Of a DNA stretch of 64,000 bases, positions 27,634-38,094 are shown piece by piece. Both the position numbers and the translations under genes were made by a program. Each line of letters begins with the position of its first letter. The stretch's first letter is position 1. The notes beneath the pieces were generated by a model. That model did no database searches. It worked only from the letters and a program-made list of their open reading frames with translations, and had not been told where the DNA came from. Origin of the DNA: Candidatus Binatia bacterium (GTDB lineage Bacteria > Desulfobacterota > Binatia > Bin18); NCBI GenBank assembly GCA_965231765.1, contig OZ246887.1, positions 2,444,538 to 2,508,537 on the forward strand, written 5' to 3'.

Positions 27634-28890
27634 TTATGCGGCGAAGCCCATGACATCACGATAATAGTGCCAAAAACCACGAATGGCGGTCTCGGTCAAT
27701 AAATTCTCTTGATCACTGACGTCATCTCCACCAAAACCAATATAGGATGATGCGTCCTTATCACGCCCAATGGCCTGCTGTACGATCTCAGCCGCATGGC
27801 CGTCTTCCATTGAGATTAAGCCAGCCGGACCAACAAAATTGGCCTGCTTGAGTCGAATTGCGCGCAAATCTTCGTCGTCATCTTGATAACCAAAGTAGGT
27901 AAAAATCAGCTCAAATTGGTCTGGCGCTTTGGGCAGGATCTGGCGGGTCGCTAGCGTATTCTGAATTTGCTGCAGCACCAAGCCTGGGAAGATCGTCTGA
28001 ATCTGGTTTGTGAGGTGTGGCTCCAGCTCTTGGCGCGATTGCAATAAAGAGGGATCAGCTAAGCCATAGCCCTTGTTATACGTCCGCAGACCAGCGTCTT
28101 TATATGCAGCGGTTTCTTGTTCTTCGGTGCGTTTATATGAACGCAGCATATCGTGTCGGCCTTCCTCATCCATAATCACCCCACCACCCATCGACGAGCG
28201 GTACAAACCAAACGTGGTGTGAAACAAATGGAGTAGGCTGGCGTGATACGGATCACGGACATTCTCAGCGTACAGTTTCCAGTTGGCCCGAATATACTGC
28301 CGAGAATATCCCAAGACTTGGATGGGCCGAGCAAACAGCCGATCGAGCCAGGGCCGCATTTGTGGTCCCAGGTAATCCTCGAGCGAGTGCAATTCGCGGG
28401 CAAAGGAGACAAATATGAGCCCCTGATACGAGGCAATATTGAGCTTGTGAAGAGAGTGCTGAGCGGTATCAAAGTCTGCTCCATAGCCGCCCTTGCCTTC
28501 AATACCTTTGCGGAACGGCACACCGATCAGATCACCTTCCAGATTATAGCTCCATTGATGATACACACATACGTGAGTGTGAGTGTTACCGCGTGGCTTA
28601 CGACACACCAAGGCGCCACGATGGGCACAGCGGTTCACAAACGCGTTTAAGCCGCCATCCTTGCCACGGGTAACAACGATAGGTGTATCGCCAATAAAAG
28701 TCGCCTTAAAATCGCCGACGTTAGGAATCTCGGCTTCCAAGCCAACATAGTTCCAGACCGGACCACGAAAAAGGCGTTCTTGTTCGCGTTCGTAAATGGC
28801 AGAATCGAGAAACACTTGATACGGTACGCGCGTTTCAGCTTCTTCAGGCCATTGGATCTCGATAGGCTGTTCGGCAGCTCCGGTCTGCAT
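27634..28890 (-). CDS. Rieske [2Fe-2S] aromatic ring-hydroxylating dioxygenase alpha subunit
   Basis: Rieske motif CAHRG...CVYHQW. The ATG at 28890 has a GGAGG Shine-Dalgarno. Confidence 0.85.
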   Translation of the reverse strand: MQTGAAEQPIEIQWPEEAETRVPYQVFLDSAIYEREQERLFRGPVWNYVGLEAEIPNVGDFKATFIGDTPIVVTRGKDGGLNAFVNRCAHRGALVCRKPRGNTHTHVCVYHQWSYNLEGDLIGVPFRKGIEGKGGYGADFDTAQHSLHKLNIASYQGLIFVSFARELHSLEDYLGPQMRPWLDRLFARPIQVLGYSRQYIRANWKLYAENVRDPYHASLLHLFHTTFGLYRSSMGGGVIMDEEGRHDMLRSYKRTEEQETAAYKDAGLRTYNKGYGLADPSLLQSRQELEPHLTNQIQTIFPGLVLQQIQNTLATRQILPKAPDQFELIFTYFGYQDDDEDLRAIRLKQANFVGPAGLISMEDGHAAEIVQQAIGRDKDASSYIGFGGDDVSDQENLLTETAIRGFWHYYRDVMGFAA

Positions 28891-29042
28891 GGTGCCCCTC
28901 CTTACGCTACGCTGAACGATATACTGGCAATCCAGCAACCCCGTCCAAGAACAGGCAAGAATAGACTGGATTACTTTCCCATCCTAACACTTTCGGAATA
29001 TCGGGCAATGGAAGAGAGAAAGGCGAGGAAGGTCCAGTTCAT

Positions 29043-29906
29043 TTAGCGTTCGCCCCAGCGCAGCTTTTTGCGCAGCACGTCAAAATAGGTCCGATTGGGC
29101 GATTTGATCAAGGACACGGTGATGTCAGAGCGTTTGATGCTGATTCGGTCCCCACCTTGCAGCGAGTGACCTTCTTGTCCGTCTAGGGTCAAGATGACAT
29201 CTTCTTCGGCCGTCCGCAGAATGACATGGATATCGGTTTGATCCGACAGAATAATCGGCCGGTTGGTCAGAGTATGCGGGCAGATGGGAGTCAAGACAAC
29301 CACGCCAACAGCAGGGTCAATGAGCGGACCACCAGCCGATAAGGAATACGCGGTCGAACCCGTTGGGGTGGCGACAATCAAGCCGTCGGCTTTATAGGTA
29401 CACAGGTATTGCTGATCGACCCAGGCCTCAAGATCAATGATACGAGCCAGCGCACTTTTATTGATCACAACGTCATTGAGAACTTGAAACAGGCCGATCT
29501 GTTCACCATCACGAGTCCACGTAGTCTCTAACAGGCTGCGCCGTTCGACCTCAAATTGCCCTTGCAACACCCGTTCCAGTGTGACCAGCAACTCACTTGT
29601 TGTTGTCTCAGTCAGGAAACCAAGCCCGCCCAGATTGACGCCCAGGATGGGGACCTCGCGTTGATTTGTCCGCCGGGCGACACTCAAAAGCGTGCCATCA
29701 CCGCCGAGCACAATAGTCAGGTCTGCGCGTTGCATGATTTCGACCTTGCGCCAGCCGCGATCAAGGCCCACATCATGACTGGTATCATCCTCAGCCAAAA
29801 TGGTCTTGTTACGCTGCTGAAGCCAAGCAACGACCTTACAGCCTAAAGCCGCGACTTCTGGCTGATTACGTTTGATGACAAGCCCGATGTTCTGCATATC
29901 TGCCAT
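29043..29906 (-). CDS. nadK: NAD(+) kinase
   Basis: GGDGTLL motif, 287 aa. Confidence 0.9.
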   Translation of the reverse strand: MADMQNIGLVIKRNQPEVAALGCKVVAWLQQRNKTILAEDDTSHDVGLDRGWRKVEIMQRADLTIVLGGDGTLLSVARRTNQREVPILGVNLGGLGFLTETTTSELLVTLERVLQGQFEVERRSLLETTWTRDGEQIGLFQVLNDVVINKSALARIIDLEAWVDQQYLCTYKADGLIVATPTGSTAYSLSAGGPLIDPAVGVVVLTPICPHTLTNRPIILSDQTDIHVILRTAEEDVILTLDGQEGHSLQGGDRISIKRSDITVSLIKSPNRTYFDVLRKKLRWGER

Positions 29907-30007
29907 GATGTTTGGTATGGTCTCTTGCCTACCGAATTATCTGCTGAATTGTGGCAACCGGCCCGCCCTTTTCTGTTGCTATCTCCCTCGCGTATAATAA
30001 GGCTGCC

Positions 30008-31357
30008 ATGCCGACACAGCACCCAGATTTATTTGCTCATAGTGCCGCAAAGGTGGCGGCCGAAAAAGCCCCTCTCGCCGAACGTATGCGGCCGCAAACG
30101 ATTGCAGAGTATGTGGGCCAAACCCAGCTGCTTGGCCAAGGCCGCCTGCTACGCCAAATGATTGAACGCCAGAGCCTATCCTCACTGATTCTGTGGGGCC
30201 CACCAGGCAGCGGTAAGACCACACTAGCAACCCTCTTGGCGCAGGCGATCAACACCCCTTTTGCATCGTTCTCAGCTGTCCTGTCAGGCGTCAAAGAACT
30301 GCGCCAGATTCTTGACGAAGCCCGCCGTCAGCAGCAAATCCATGGCAAGCCGACCGTCTTGTTCGTCGATGAAATCCACCGCTTTAATAAAGCTCAGCAA
30401 GACGCCTTTTTACCCCATGTGGAAAAAGGTCTGATCATCCTGCTCGGCGCAACGACGGAAAACCCTTCTTTTGAGGTGATCGCGCCGCTCTTATCTCGCG
30501 CCCGCGTTGTTGTCCTTGAGGCACTGAGCCTGGATGACCTCAAGAGTATCCTGATGCGTGCTCTTCAAGACACTGAACGCGGTCTAGGCTCCCTCGCGTT
30601 AACAGCCGCTGACGACGGCCTGGCCTTTCTCGCCGAGTATGCTCAAGGCGATGCCCGGATTGCCCTAGGTGCGCTCGAAGTCGCCGCGACACTGGCCAGC
30701 CAGAAGCAACTCAAGCACCTTGATCTGACCCTGGTTGAAGAAGCCGCTCAGCATAAAGCACTGCGCTACGACAAAGGCGGTGAAGAGCACTACAATGTCA
30801 TCTCAGCTTTTATCAAAAGCATGCGCGGGAGCGATCCGGATGCAGCCGTCTACTGGATGATGCGCATGTTAGAAGCCGGCGAAGATCCGCTCTTTATTGT
30901 CCGCCGGATGGTTATTTTTGCGGCAGAAGATATTGGTAATGCCGACCCGCAGGCTTTATCTTTCGCCCTAGCAGCAAAAGACGCAGTACATTTTGTCGGG
31001 CTGCCCGAAGCCCGCATTCCCCTCGCCCAAGCCGCAACCTACCTCGCCACCGCTCCGAAATCGAACGCTGCCTATACAGCAATGAAAGCTGCGCTCAAAG
31101 ACGTTAAACAACACGGTGCCCTCCCCGTGCCCTTACACCTGCGCAATGCGCCGACCAAGCTGATGAAGGGCCTTGGCTATAGTACAGGCTACCAATATGC
31201 CCATGACTACGAAGATGCGAGCATTGACCAGCAGCACCTGCCGGATGCGTTGGCCGAACGGCGCTACTATCAACCGGGCGACAGAGGATATGAGAAGGAT
31301 ATTCGAGAAAGAATGAAGAGGAAAGGACTGAGTAATGAGGAGAAAAAAAAGGAATAA
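30008..31357 (+). CDS. rarA: replication-associated recombination protein A (RarA/MgsA AAA+ ATPase)
   Basis: Walker [12 protein letters not shown], Walker [22 protein letters not shown]-terminal MgsA helical domain. Confidence 0.9.
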   Translation: MPTQHPDLFAHSAAKVAAEKAPLAERMRPQTIAEYVGQTQLLGQGRLLRQMIERQSLSSLILWGPPGSGKTTLATLLAQAINTPFASFSAVLSGVKELRQILDEARRQQQIHGKPTVLFVDEIHRFNKAQQDAFLPHVEKGLIILLGATTENPSFEVIAPLLSRARVVVLEALSLDDLKSILMRALQDTERGLGSLALTAADDGLAFLAEYAQGDARIALGALEVAATLASQKQLKHLDLTLVEEAAQHKALRYDKGGEEHYNVISAFIKSMRGSDPDAAVYWMMRMLEAGEDPLFIVRRMVIFAAEDIGNADPQALSFALAAKDAVHFVGLPEARIPLAQAATYLATAPKSNAAYTAMKAALKDVKQHGALPVPLHLRNAPTKLMKGLGYSTGYQYAHDYEDASIDQQHLPDALAERRYYQPGDRGYEKDIRERMKRKGLSNEEKKKE

Positions 31358-31407
31358 GCGGAGATCCTTTTCGCTCAGTCCTCATTACTCAGAAAGAGGA
31401 GATTCTT

Positions 31408-32580
31408 ATGCCGAACATTACCCCCCCAGAACCATTCACGATTGCCATCCCAGACGCAGCCCTCGCTGATTTACGCAACCGGCTGGACCAGGCTCGCTGG
31501 CCGGCGGGCGAAATCCCCGATTCGGACTGGGACTATGGGGCCAATATGGCCTATATCAAACAGCTGATTGAATACTGGCGTACCGAGTACGACTGGCGGG
31601 CGCAGGAACGTCGGATGAATCAATGGCCTCATTTTATGCTGACGATAGAAGGTCAACGCATCCATTTTCTGCACATCAAAGGCACAGGTCCCAAGCCGCT
31701 GCCGCTGATTGTCTCACATGGCTGGCCAGGTTCATTTTATGAATTTATGGAGGCCATTGGACCGCTCAGCGATCCAGCCGCCCATGGCGGCGACCCGGCG
31801 GATGCGTTTGATCTTGTTGTCCCATCTCTTCCAGGTTATGGCTTCTCGGCTCCGACCCAGCAACGCCAGGTCAATACCAGCCGTATCGCCGACTGGTTTG
31901 CGACGCTGATGACCGATGCCTTGGGCTATACCCAGTACGGTGCACAGGGCGGGGATTGGGGCGCGCTGGTCACGTCTCGTTTAGGTTTTGCCTATCCCCA
32001 AAATCTTGTTGGTATTCACCTCAATATGGTTGGGGTTGCGCCCCACCCAGCCAATCGCCAAGACCTATCTGCAGCAGAACAGGCCTGGATCAAAGAAATG
32101 GGCACCTGGCAACGCGATGAAACCGGTTATCAGGGGATTCAAGGCACCAAACCGCAGACTTTGGCCTTTGGCCTGAATGATTCTCCAGTTGGCTTGTGCG
32201 CGTGGATTGTCGAGAAATTTCGGACCTGGAGCGATTGCGACGGTGACCCCGAGCGTTCGTATAGCAAAGATCAGTTATTGACCAATGTCATGATCTACTG
32301 GCTGACCCAGACCATTCATTCTTCAACTCGTTTGTATTACGAAGAGCGCCATCATCCTTGGCGCTTAGGCAAGGAAGAAAAGATCAGCGTCCCGACTGGC
32401 TTCGCCGCATTTCCTAGGGAGCTGGCGCGGCCGCCCCGCGAGTGGGCCGAGCGGGCGTATAACGTCACGCATTGGACGGAGATGCCAGCTGGCGGCCATT
32501 TTGCTGCTATGGAGAAACCTGCACTGCTGGTTGAGGATATCCGGGCCTTTTTTCGAAAATTACGGGACGCACGCAGCTAG
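31408..32580 (+). CDS. epoxide hydrolase (microsomal-EH N-terminal domain plus alpha/beta hydrolase)
   Basis: EH N-terminal motif (RLDQARWP...DWDYG) and HGWPGSFYEF. AAGAGGAG Shine-Dalgarno. Confidence 0.8.
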   Translation: MPNITPPEPFTIAIPDAALADLRNRLDQARWPAGEIPDSDWDYGANMAYIKQLIEYWRTEYDWRAQERRMNQWPHFMLTIEGQRIHFLHIKGTGPKPLPLIVSHGWPGSFYEFMEAIGPLSDPAAHGGDPADAFDLVVPSLPGYGFSAPTQQRQVNTSRIADWFATLMTDALGYTQYGAQGGDWGALVTSRLGFAYPQNLVGIHLNMVGVAPHPANRQDLSAAEQAWIKEMGTWQRDETGYQGIQGTKPQTLAFGLNDSPVGLCAWIVEKFRTWSDCDGDPERSYSKDQLLTNVMIYWLTQTIHSSTRLYYEERHHPWRLGKEEKISVPTGFAAFPRELARPPREWAERAYNVTHWTEMPAGGHFAAMEKPALLVEDIRAFFRKLRDARS

Positions 32581-32591
32581 GAAGAGTAAGG

Positions 32592-33284
32592 ATGGCAATT
32601 ATTCTGTATGGAGCTCGGACCTCACCGTTTGTCGAAAAAGTCTATCGTGGCTTGCTCATCAAACAGCTTGCGTTTCAACTCCATCAGCCGCGGACGCTGC
32701 AAGATCTGCGTCGCAATAATCCGACGACGGGAAAAATGCCGGTGCTCGATCTTGAAGGACAGCAGTTGTTTGACTCAACGCTTATTCTCAGAGCACTCAA
32801 TGTCTATAAACCCGATCCGCCCTTCTTGGATGCAGATCCCGCTCGGGCAGTGCAACAGCAACTGCTTGAAGATTGGGCGGATGAATCGCTGTACTGGTAT
32901 GGTATGGCGTTTCGCTGGACTATCCCGGCCAATGCAGCTCGGACAATCACACTCTTTCAAGATGGTTTTCCAGTCCTGTTGCGACCGATTCTGAAGATGC
33001 TTGTGCCGCGAATAATGGCCGTTCAGGTCCGCGCCCAGGGGACTGGACGCCTGCCAGTTGAGGTTCTTCAGAGTGAACTTGACGGGCATTTGGCCAACTT
33101 GGTGTCCCTCTTGGGTCAAGGCCCCTTTTTTTTTGCTGCCGAACGGCCAAGCATGGCGGATCTGGCCATTTTTGGCCAGCTCAGCTCTCTTCGAGCGAAG
33201 GTAGTGCCCGAGACAAAAGCCGCGGTAGAGAGGGTACCAGCTTTGATGGATTTTTATCGGCGTTTGGAGCGGATGACAGCATAA
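32592..33284 (+). CDS. glutathione S-transferase family protein
   Basis: GST N-terminal motif MAIILYGARTSPFVEKV. Confidence 0.7.
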   Translation: MAIILYGARTSPFVEKVYRGLLIKQLAFQLHQPRTLQDLRRNNPTTGKMPVLDLEGQQLFDSTLILRALNVYKPDPPFLDADPARAVQQQLLEDWADESLYWYGMAFRWTIPANAARTITLFQDGFPVLLRPILKMLVPRIMAVQVRAQGTGRLPVEVLQSELDGHLANLVSLLGQGPFFFAAERPSMADLAIFGQLSSLRAKVVPETKAAVERVPALMDFYRRLERMTA

Positions 33285-33377
33285 AAAAGCGCTCTTATGC
33301 TCCAGCATTTATGAAAAAGAGCCGCAAGGTGCCCGGAAAATATGAGGGAGATCATCTGAAGATGGCCAGACAATTCT

Positions 33378-33779
33378 TTAAGAATGCGCCACAGGAGTGA
33401 TAGCGAAGGCAAACTTTTCTTTATACCAACCGCCAATCCAGCCCAGGATTCGAGCCAAAAAGTATTTTCGGAAAAAAAGTGGGAGGACTTCGGCCTCAAC
33501 CGTCGCTTCATCAAGCCACACGGCTGTGCCATGCAGTGCGGTGGTTCCAATTTGAAGCGCGACCTCGGGTTTGTTGCGCAGATTCTTCACCCAACTGGCG
33601 CTTGAACCGCGACCTGAGGTGACATAGATCTTGCCATTCCCGACAGCAAACCAGATCTTTACGGTATACGGCGTGTTGGTCTTTCGCCCCCTGACGGTCA
33701 GCGAGACGAGCGAGGTCCGATCCAGCTCTTGTAGCTCAGTCATGTTCGGCATATCAGGCATATCAGACACGTCAGGCAT
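33378..33779 (-). CDS. nitroreductase-family deazaflavin(F420)-dependent oxidoreductase (DUF385)
   Basis: Core LTVRGRKTNTPYTV...ASWVKNLRNKPEVALQIG. The start is ambiguous: MPDVSDMPDMPNM overlaps the purM stop, or MTELQ at 33743. Confidence 0.6.
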   Translation of the reverse strand: MPDVSDMPDMPNMTELQELDRTSLVSLTVRGRKTNTPYTVKIWFAVGNGKIYVTSGRGSSASWVKNLRNKPEVALQIGTTALHGTAVWLDEATVEAEVLPLFFRKYFLARILGWIGGWYKEKFAFAITPVAHS

Positions 33780-34887
33780 ACCGAGTGGCTTCCGACACGG
33801 GCATGAGCTGTCCAGCCCGGCTGGTCAAACCACGCGGCTCAATCGTGATAGTCCGCTCAGCCGAGGCGACGGCCGTCCCGATATGCCAGGCTTGGCTGCC
33901 ATGTTCGACGGCCACATCGATGATGCGTTCAACATCTTTTTCCGCCACAACAACACAAAATCCGACGCCCATATTATAGACCTGGAACATCTCAGCGTCG
34001 CTCAACTTTCCTCTCTCTTGCAGAACCACAAAAATCGGGGGAATATCGGGTAAAGTCTCAATCCGGAACCCAACCGGCGCCTCAACTCGAGACAAATTCA
34101 GAAAGCCATCGCCGGTCAGATGCATCAACGCCTTAATCTGCATATCCGCCGCCAGCATAGCCGTGACCTCGGGAACGTAAATCCGGGTCGGTTCGAGCAA
34201 CTCTTCGCCAACTGTTCGGCCACATTCGGGCAAATACGAATCAAAGCTCAATGAGGTATCAGCTAACAGCACCCGACGCGCCAAGGTCAGGCCATTGCTG
34301 TGAATACCACTACTGGCCAAGCCAATCAGGGCATCTCCAGGTTGCACATCTTGGCCAATAATCACTCGATCCAGCGGCACCGTACCGATGGCTGCCCCTG
34401 CTAAATCAAAGCCTGTTCCCGGCCGAGCCCCACGAATCATCTCTCGCAATTGAGCGATCTCTCCACCCGCAATACTGATGCGAGCCTGTTCCGCCCCACG
34501 GTGCAGTCCGTGTCCGATTGCGTCGAGGATATCGGGCTGTATCTCTTCGACCGCAAGATAATCAACAAAGGAGACTGGCGTCGCTCCAACACACAACAGA
34601 TCGTTGACATTCATTGCAATGCAATCAATGCCGACCGTATCGTATTTGCCGAGAACTTCAGCGACCAGCAGTTTGGTTCCGACCCCATCAGTGGTGAAGG
34701 CAATACCGAGGCTGAGCTGATCCAGACGAATAATATTGGCGAAGTATCCGAGCGGTAAAAGCGGACGTGCCAAGGCATTCAGGTCAAATGTCTGTTCAAC
34801 CCAGGTTCGTAAGCGACTCAAACCGCTTTCCGCTTTGGTGCTGTCTACACCGGAAGTAGCGTAAGGAGAGGATCTAGACTGATCCAT
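33772..34887 (-). CDS. purM: phosphoribosylformylglycinamidine cyclo-ligase (AIR synthase)
   Basis: Close by-eye match to PurM (TDGVGTKL, NDL..GA.P..F.DY, SSG.HSNG). Confidence 0.85.
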   Translation of the reverse strand: MDQSRSSPYATSGVDSTKAESGLSRLRTWVEQTFDLNALARPLLPLGYFANIIRLDQLSLGIAFTTDGVGTKLLVAEVLGKYDTVGIDCIAMNVNDLLCVGATPVSFVDYLAVEEIQPDILDAIGHGLHRGAEQARISIAGGEIAQLREMIRGARPGTGFDLAGAAIGTVPLDRVIIGQDVQPGDALIGLASSGIHSNGLTLARRVLLADTSLSFDSYLPECGRTVGEELLEPTRIYVPEVTAMLAADMQIKALMHLTGDGFLNLSRVEAPVGFRIETLPDIPPIFVVLQERGKLSDAEMFQVYNMGVGFCVVVAEKDVERIIDVAVEHGSQAWHIGTAVASAERTITIEPRGLTSRAGQLMPVSEATRYA

Positions 34888-35155
34888 ATGGCCCTGTGTT
34901 CTACCCAATCTCAGCCAGAAAGGCAATGTCAGGTCGTCTTACGCTGGTTGATACATCACCGCTTCTCAACGCTTGCTCCCTCTCACACACTCTTGACTCG
35001 CTCCTGAGTCCAGCCCATGATGTTTTTCAGGATGTCTGAGAGACATTCTAAAGCTGTTTTGAGCATTCTTATTCTTGCTGTCTTGGGGCTGCCTGTTTCT
35101 GAGGCTGTTTACCCCGCAGTGTAAATTGTGCTGCCATACCTCCTGTTAAACCTCT

Positions 35156-37054
35156 ATGTATGAAGCATTCTACGGTTTTCGAGAAAACCCATTTCGGCTC
35201 ACCCCGGACCCAGACTACCTCTTCCTAAGCGCCAATCACCAGGAAGCATTCGGTCACTTGCTGTTTGGTGCCAATGAGGGCAATGGAGTTGTTATTGTTA
35301 CGGGGGAAATTGGGACAGGCAAAACGACCCTGCTGCGTACCCTCGTGCGCAACCTTGGGCCTGATACGATTATTGCCTATATTTTTAATCCCGCCCTGTC
35401 TGCTGTGGAGCTCTTGCAGACTATTAATACCGATCTCAACCTGCCGGCTGCGTCAGACAGCAAAAAAGAGCTGATCGATACACTCAACCGTTTTCTCCTG
35501 ACCCAGCGCAGCGCCGGAAAACGGGTCGTCGTCATTATTGACGAGGCCCAAGATCTTGAGCCAAGCGTTTTGGAACAACTCCGGCTGCTCTCCAACTTGG
35601 AAACCGAACGCGAAAAATTGCTCCAGATCATTCTCGTGGGTCAGCCAGAACTGAGCGATTTACTGGCCCAGCCCACGTTAGCCCAGCTCGATCAACGCAT
35701 CACTTTGCGCTGGCACCTCGGACCGCTCAATGCCCAAGACACAGCCGCTTATGTCCGGCATCGCATTAGTGTCGCCACAGAAGGCCGAGAGCCAGTTTTC
35801 TTCAGTCCCAAGGCGTTGCAGTATATCTATCGCTTTTCAGGCGGCATTCCACGCGTCATCAATGTCCTGTGCCACCGCACCCTCCTCGTCGGCTATACTC
35901 TCGAGCAAAGCCAGATCGACCGCCCTATTGTTCGCCAAGCAGCCCAGGAACTACGCCAAGATAAACACAATAGTCCCCAGTACAAACACAGACGGCTGGT
36001 CGCCAGTGTGGGCATTGGTGGAACAGTAGTCCTGGCAATAGCCCTCTTTTTCCTCGCCTCTGTCACGCCTGTACGAGAATGGTGGTCAGGGCCTCTTTCT
36101 GCCTCAAACCAAACCCTTGTCCCTGCCTCTACGAGCAGCACGCAGGCAACAGCTCCTGAGCCGGCTTTCTCCTCAGCCGAGCCTGAACCTCGTGAACGAC
36201 CAAAAGGAGAAACGGCGGGCGAGACGCTCCTGACTGCAGACGTTCCGAATGCTGTACCCGTTTCTTCAGCTCCTCTCGAACAAGCGCAGCAGGCACCTGA
36301 ACGATCTGAACCAGATGGGACAATTCCAGATGAGCTCTTTTTACAGGCATTGCAACACAGTGATACCGTCGCCAGTGCTGTTCATGCCACCGGTGGCCTG
36401 TTACGCGCCTGGCAGGTTGAAGCCATAAAAGACCAGGAATGGCAAAATGGGACCTTAGATTTGACGTCAATTGCTCGTGCCCGGCAGCTTGAACATCTGG
36501 AATTTACCGGCAATTTGAACTTACTCTCGCTCCTTGACCTGCCTATCGTTATGGAGTTGGTCGTCCCTGAACAGCAGGAGATACGCTTTGTTTTAGTGGT
36601 CAAGGTTGCGCACGATCAGTGTCGTATCCTACTTGATCGTGAATATAACGTATCCAGACGAGTACTCAGTGAGAACTGGTTCGGCAAAGGACATGTATTC
36701 TGGAAAGATTTTGAAAAGCTGGGCGACCTCTTAGCCGTTGGCCATCAAGGGAAAGAAGTCAAACGCCTCCATTCGTTATTGTCAAAAGCACAAGTCTTGA
36801 GTCTGACAGGAACCCCAGCTGGCACGAGCCAGAATGTCTTTAGTCCAGCCATGGAAACAGCAGTCGCTCACTTTCAGAAAGGCAAGCGTCTGGCCTCAGA
36901 TGGGGTGGTTGGTCCGCTGACCATGATTTTACTCTACAATGCAGTGTCAGATTATCAGCATCCACATCTGAACGAGTCCACAGAAAGGCTGACTACTCTG
37001 CCCCAGTCTTCTCCAGAGCTGCCGCTTGAAGGGCCAAAACGAGAGACGAGGTAG
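35156..37054 (+). CDS. ExeA/GspA-like AAA ATPase with one TM segment and a C-terminal peptidoglycan-binding domain
   Basis: N-terminal FYGFRENPF and Walker A GEIGTGKTTL. A TM helix at about residue 300. The C-terminal PG_binding_1-like segment is AVAHFQKGKRLASDGVVGPLT. Confidence 0.8.
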   Translation: MYEAFYGFRENPFRLTPDPDYLFLSANHQEAFGHLLFGANEGNGVVIVTGEIGTGKTTLLRTLVRNLGPDTIIAYIFNPALSAVELLQTINTDLNLPAASDSKKELIDTLNRFLLTQRSAGKRVVVIIDEAQDLEPSVLEQLRLLSNLETEREKLLQIILVGQPELSDLLAQPTLAQLDQRITLRWHLGPLNAQDTAAYVRHRISVATEGREPVFFSPKALQYIYRFSGGIPRVINVLCHRTLLVGYTLEQSQIDRPIVRQAAQELRQDKHNSPQYKHRRLVASVGIGGTVVLAIALFFLASVTPVREWWSGPLSASNQTLVPASTSSTQATAPEPAFSSAEPEPRERPKGETAGETLLTADVPNAVPVSSAPLEQAQQAPERSEPDGTIPDELFLQALQHSDTVASAVHATGGLLRAWQVEAIKDQEWQNGTLDLTSIARARQLEHLEFTGNLNLLSLLDLPIVMELVVPEQQEIRFVLVVKVAHDQCRILLDREYNVSRRVLSENWFGKGHVFWKDFEKLGDLLAVGHQGKEVKRLHSLLSKAQVLSLTGTPAGTSQNVFSPAMETAVAHFQKGKRLASDGVVGPLTMILLYNAVSDYQHPHLNESTERLTTLPQSSPELPLEGPKRETR

Positions 37055-37076
37055 TCAAGGTGGGAAGGCAGAACGC

Positions 37077-37952
37077 ATGAGCACTATTCTTGATGCGTTG
37101 CGGAAAGTTGAGCAGGATCATCGAGCACAAAGCACGGATGTCCGTGTGCGCCTCCTGACGCTGCCCCCCCGCCCTCACTCCCGGGCTCCCCAAAAGAAAC
37201 TGCCGCCGTGGCTGATGAGCCTCGGATTGGCGGTAATCGGATTTCTGATTGGAGCCGGAATTATTGTGTACCGACCCTCACCTCTGATCACCTCGATGAC
37301 GGCAGAGTCAGCTGGATCGGCAGGAGCCGATAGTTCGTCGGCTTCAGCACGGACCGGGAAGGCCGTCGCGGAATCAGCCCCGGACAGACTGGCTGCGGCG
37401 CCTGTTGTGGAAGACACACCACCTGTCGAGCCCTCTCAACCTTTTGTTCCGATCCCGACGAGCCAAGAGCAATCCGCAACAGCCTTGGTCAGCGGGCAGC
37501 GCTCGCCTTTTATCTCCAGGCTGTCACCAGAATCTTCAAAATCTGCATATGCTGCAAGACCTGTCACCCCTGCCGCTTTGCCCGCAACGTCCCAAGATGA
37601 GTACATTATTGAGCCGCTGCCACAAGACTTGTGGGATAATGAGAATGAAACACTCCCCCCAGAAGACGAGGCGCATTTTATATCACCTTCGCCAGAATCT
37701 CTCCCAGCTCCAGTGATCAGTTCAGCTCCTTCGACGCCTCCGGTGCATCTTGACGCCTCCTTGAGCCTCGTGCAGTGGTCACCTAAAGCCACAGAGCGTT
37801 TTGTCTCAATCAAAGTTGCGGACGGACCGCTCACCATGGTCTATGAAGGTGATAGTGTCGGCGGGTTCACGATTCTTAAAATCCACAAAAGTAAAGTTGA
37901 CCTCCGCTCAAACGACGCAGATGGAGCGGATCTGACTCTTCATCTGCGCTAA
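37077..37952 (+). CDS. GspB-like protein (ExeB/GspB partner of ExeA), Pro/Ser/Ala-rich
   Basis: N-terminal MSTILDALRKVEQD is the signature of T2SS GspB. One TM segment, then a low-complexity periplasmic region. Confidence 0.55.
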   Translation: MSTILDALRKVEQDHRAQSTDVRVRLLTLPPRPHSRAPQKKLPPWLMSLGLAVIGFLIGAGIIVYRPSPLITSMTAESAGSAGADSSSASARTGKAVAESAPDRLAAAPVVEDTPPVEPSQPFVPIPTSQEQSATALVSGQRSPFISRLSPESSKSAYAARPVTPAALPATSQDEYIIEPLPQDLWDNENETLPPEDEAHFISPSPESLPAPVISSAPSTPPVHLDASLSLVQWSPKATERFVSIKVADGPLTMVYEGDSVGGFTILKIHKSKVDLRSNDADGADLTLHLR

Positions 37953-37983
37953 GGGCAACGCCCGCAGCAGAGGTCCGAACTGA

Positions 37984-38094
37984 TTAGGACCGTTTTTTCG
38001 CGGCTTCTGCTTTCAGCTCTTTAATCCGACGCTTGAGGGCTTTCAGACGCCGTTGGCGACGACGGCGAATCTCTTTTTCTCGTTCTCGGTGCAT
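37984..38094 (-). CDS. 36-aa highly basic coiled-coil micro-protein (MHREREKEIRRRRQRRLKALKRRIKELKAEAAKKRS)
   Basis: The minus-strand ATG has an AGGAGGAG Shine-Dalgarno at 5-nt spacing. It lies between gspB and minC and is not in the ORF track because it is under 60 aa. Confidence 0.3.
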   Translation of the reverse strand: MHREREKEIRRRRQRRLKALKRRIKELKAEAAKKRS

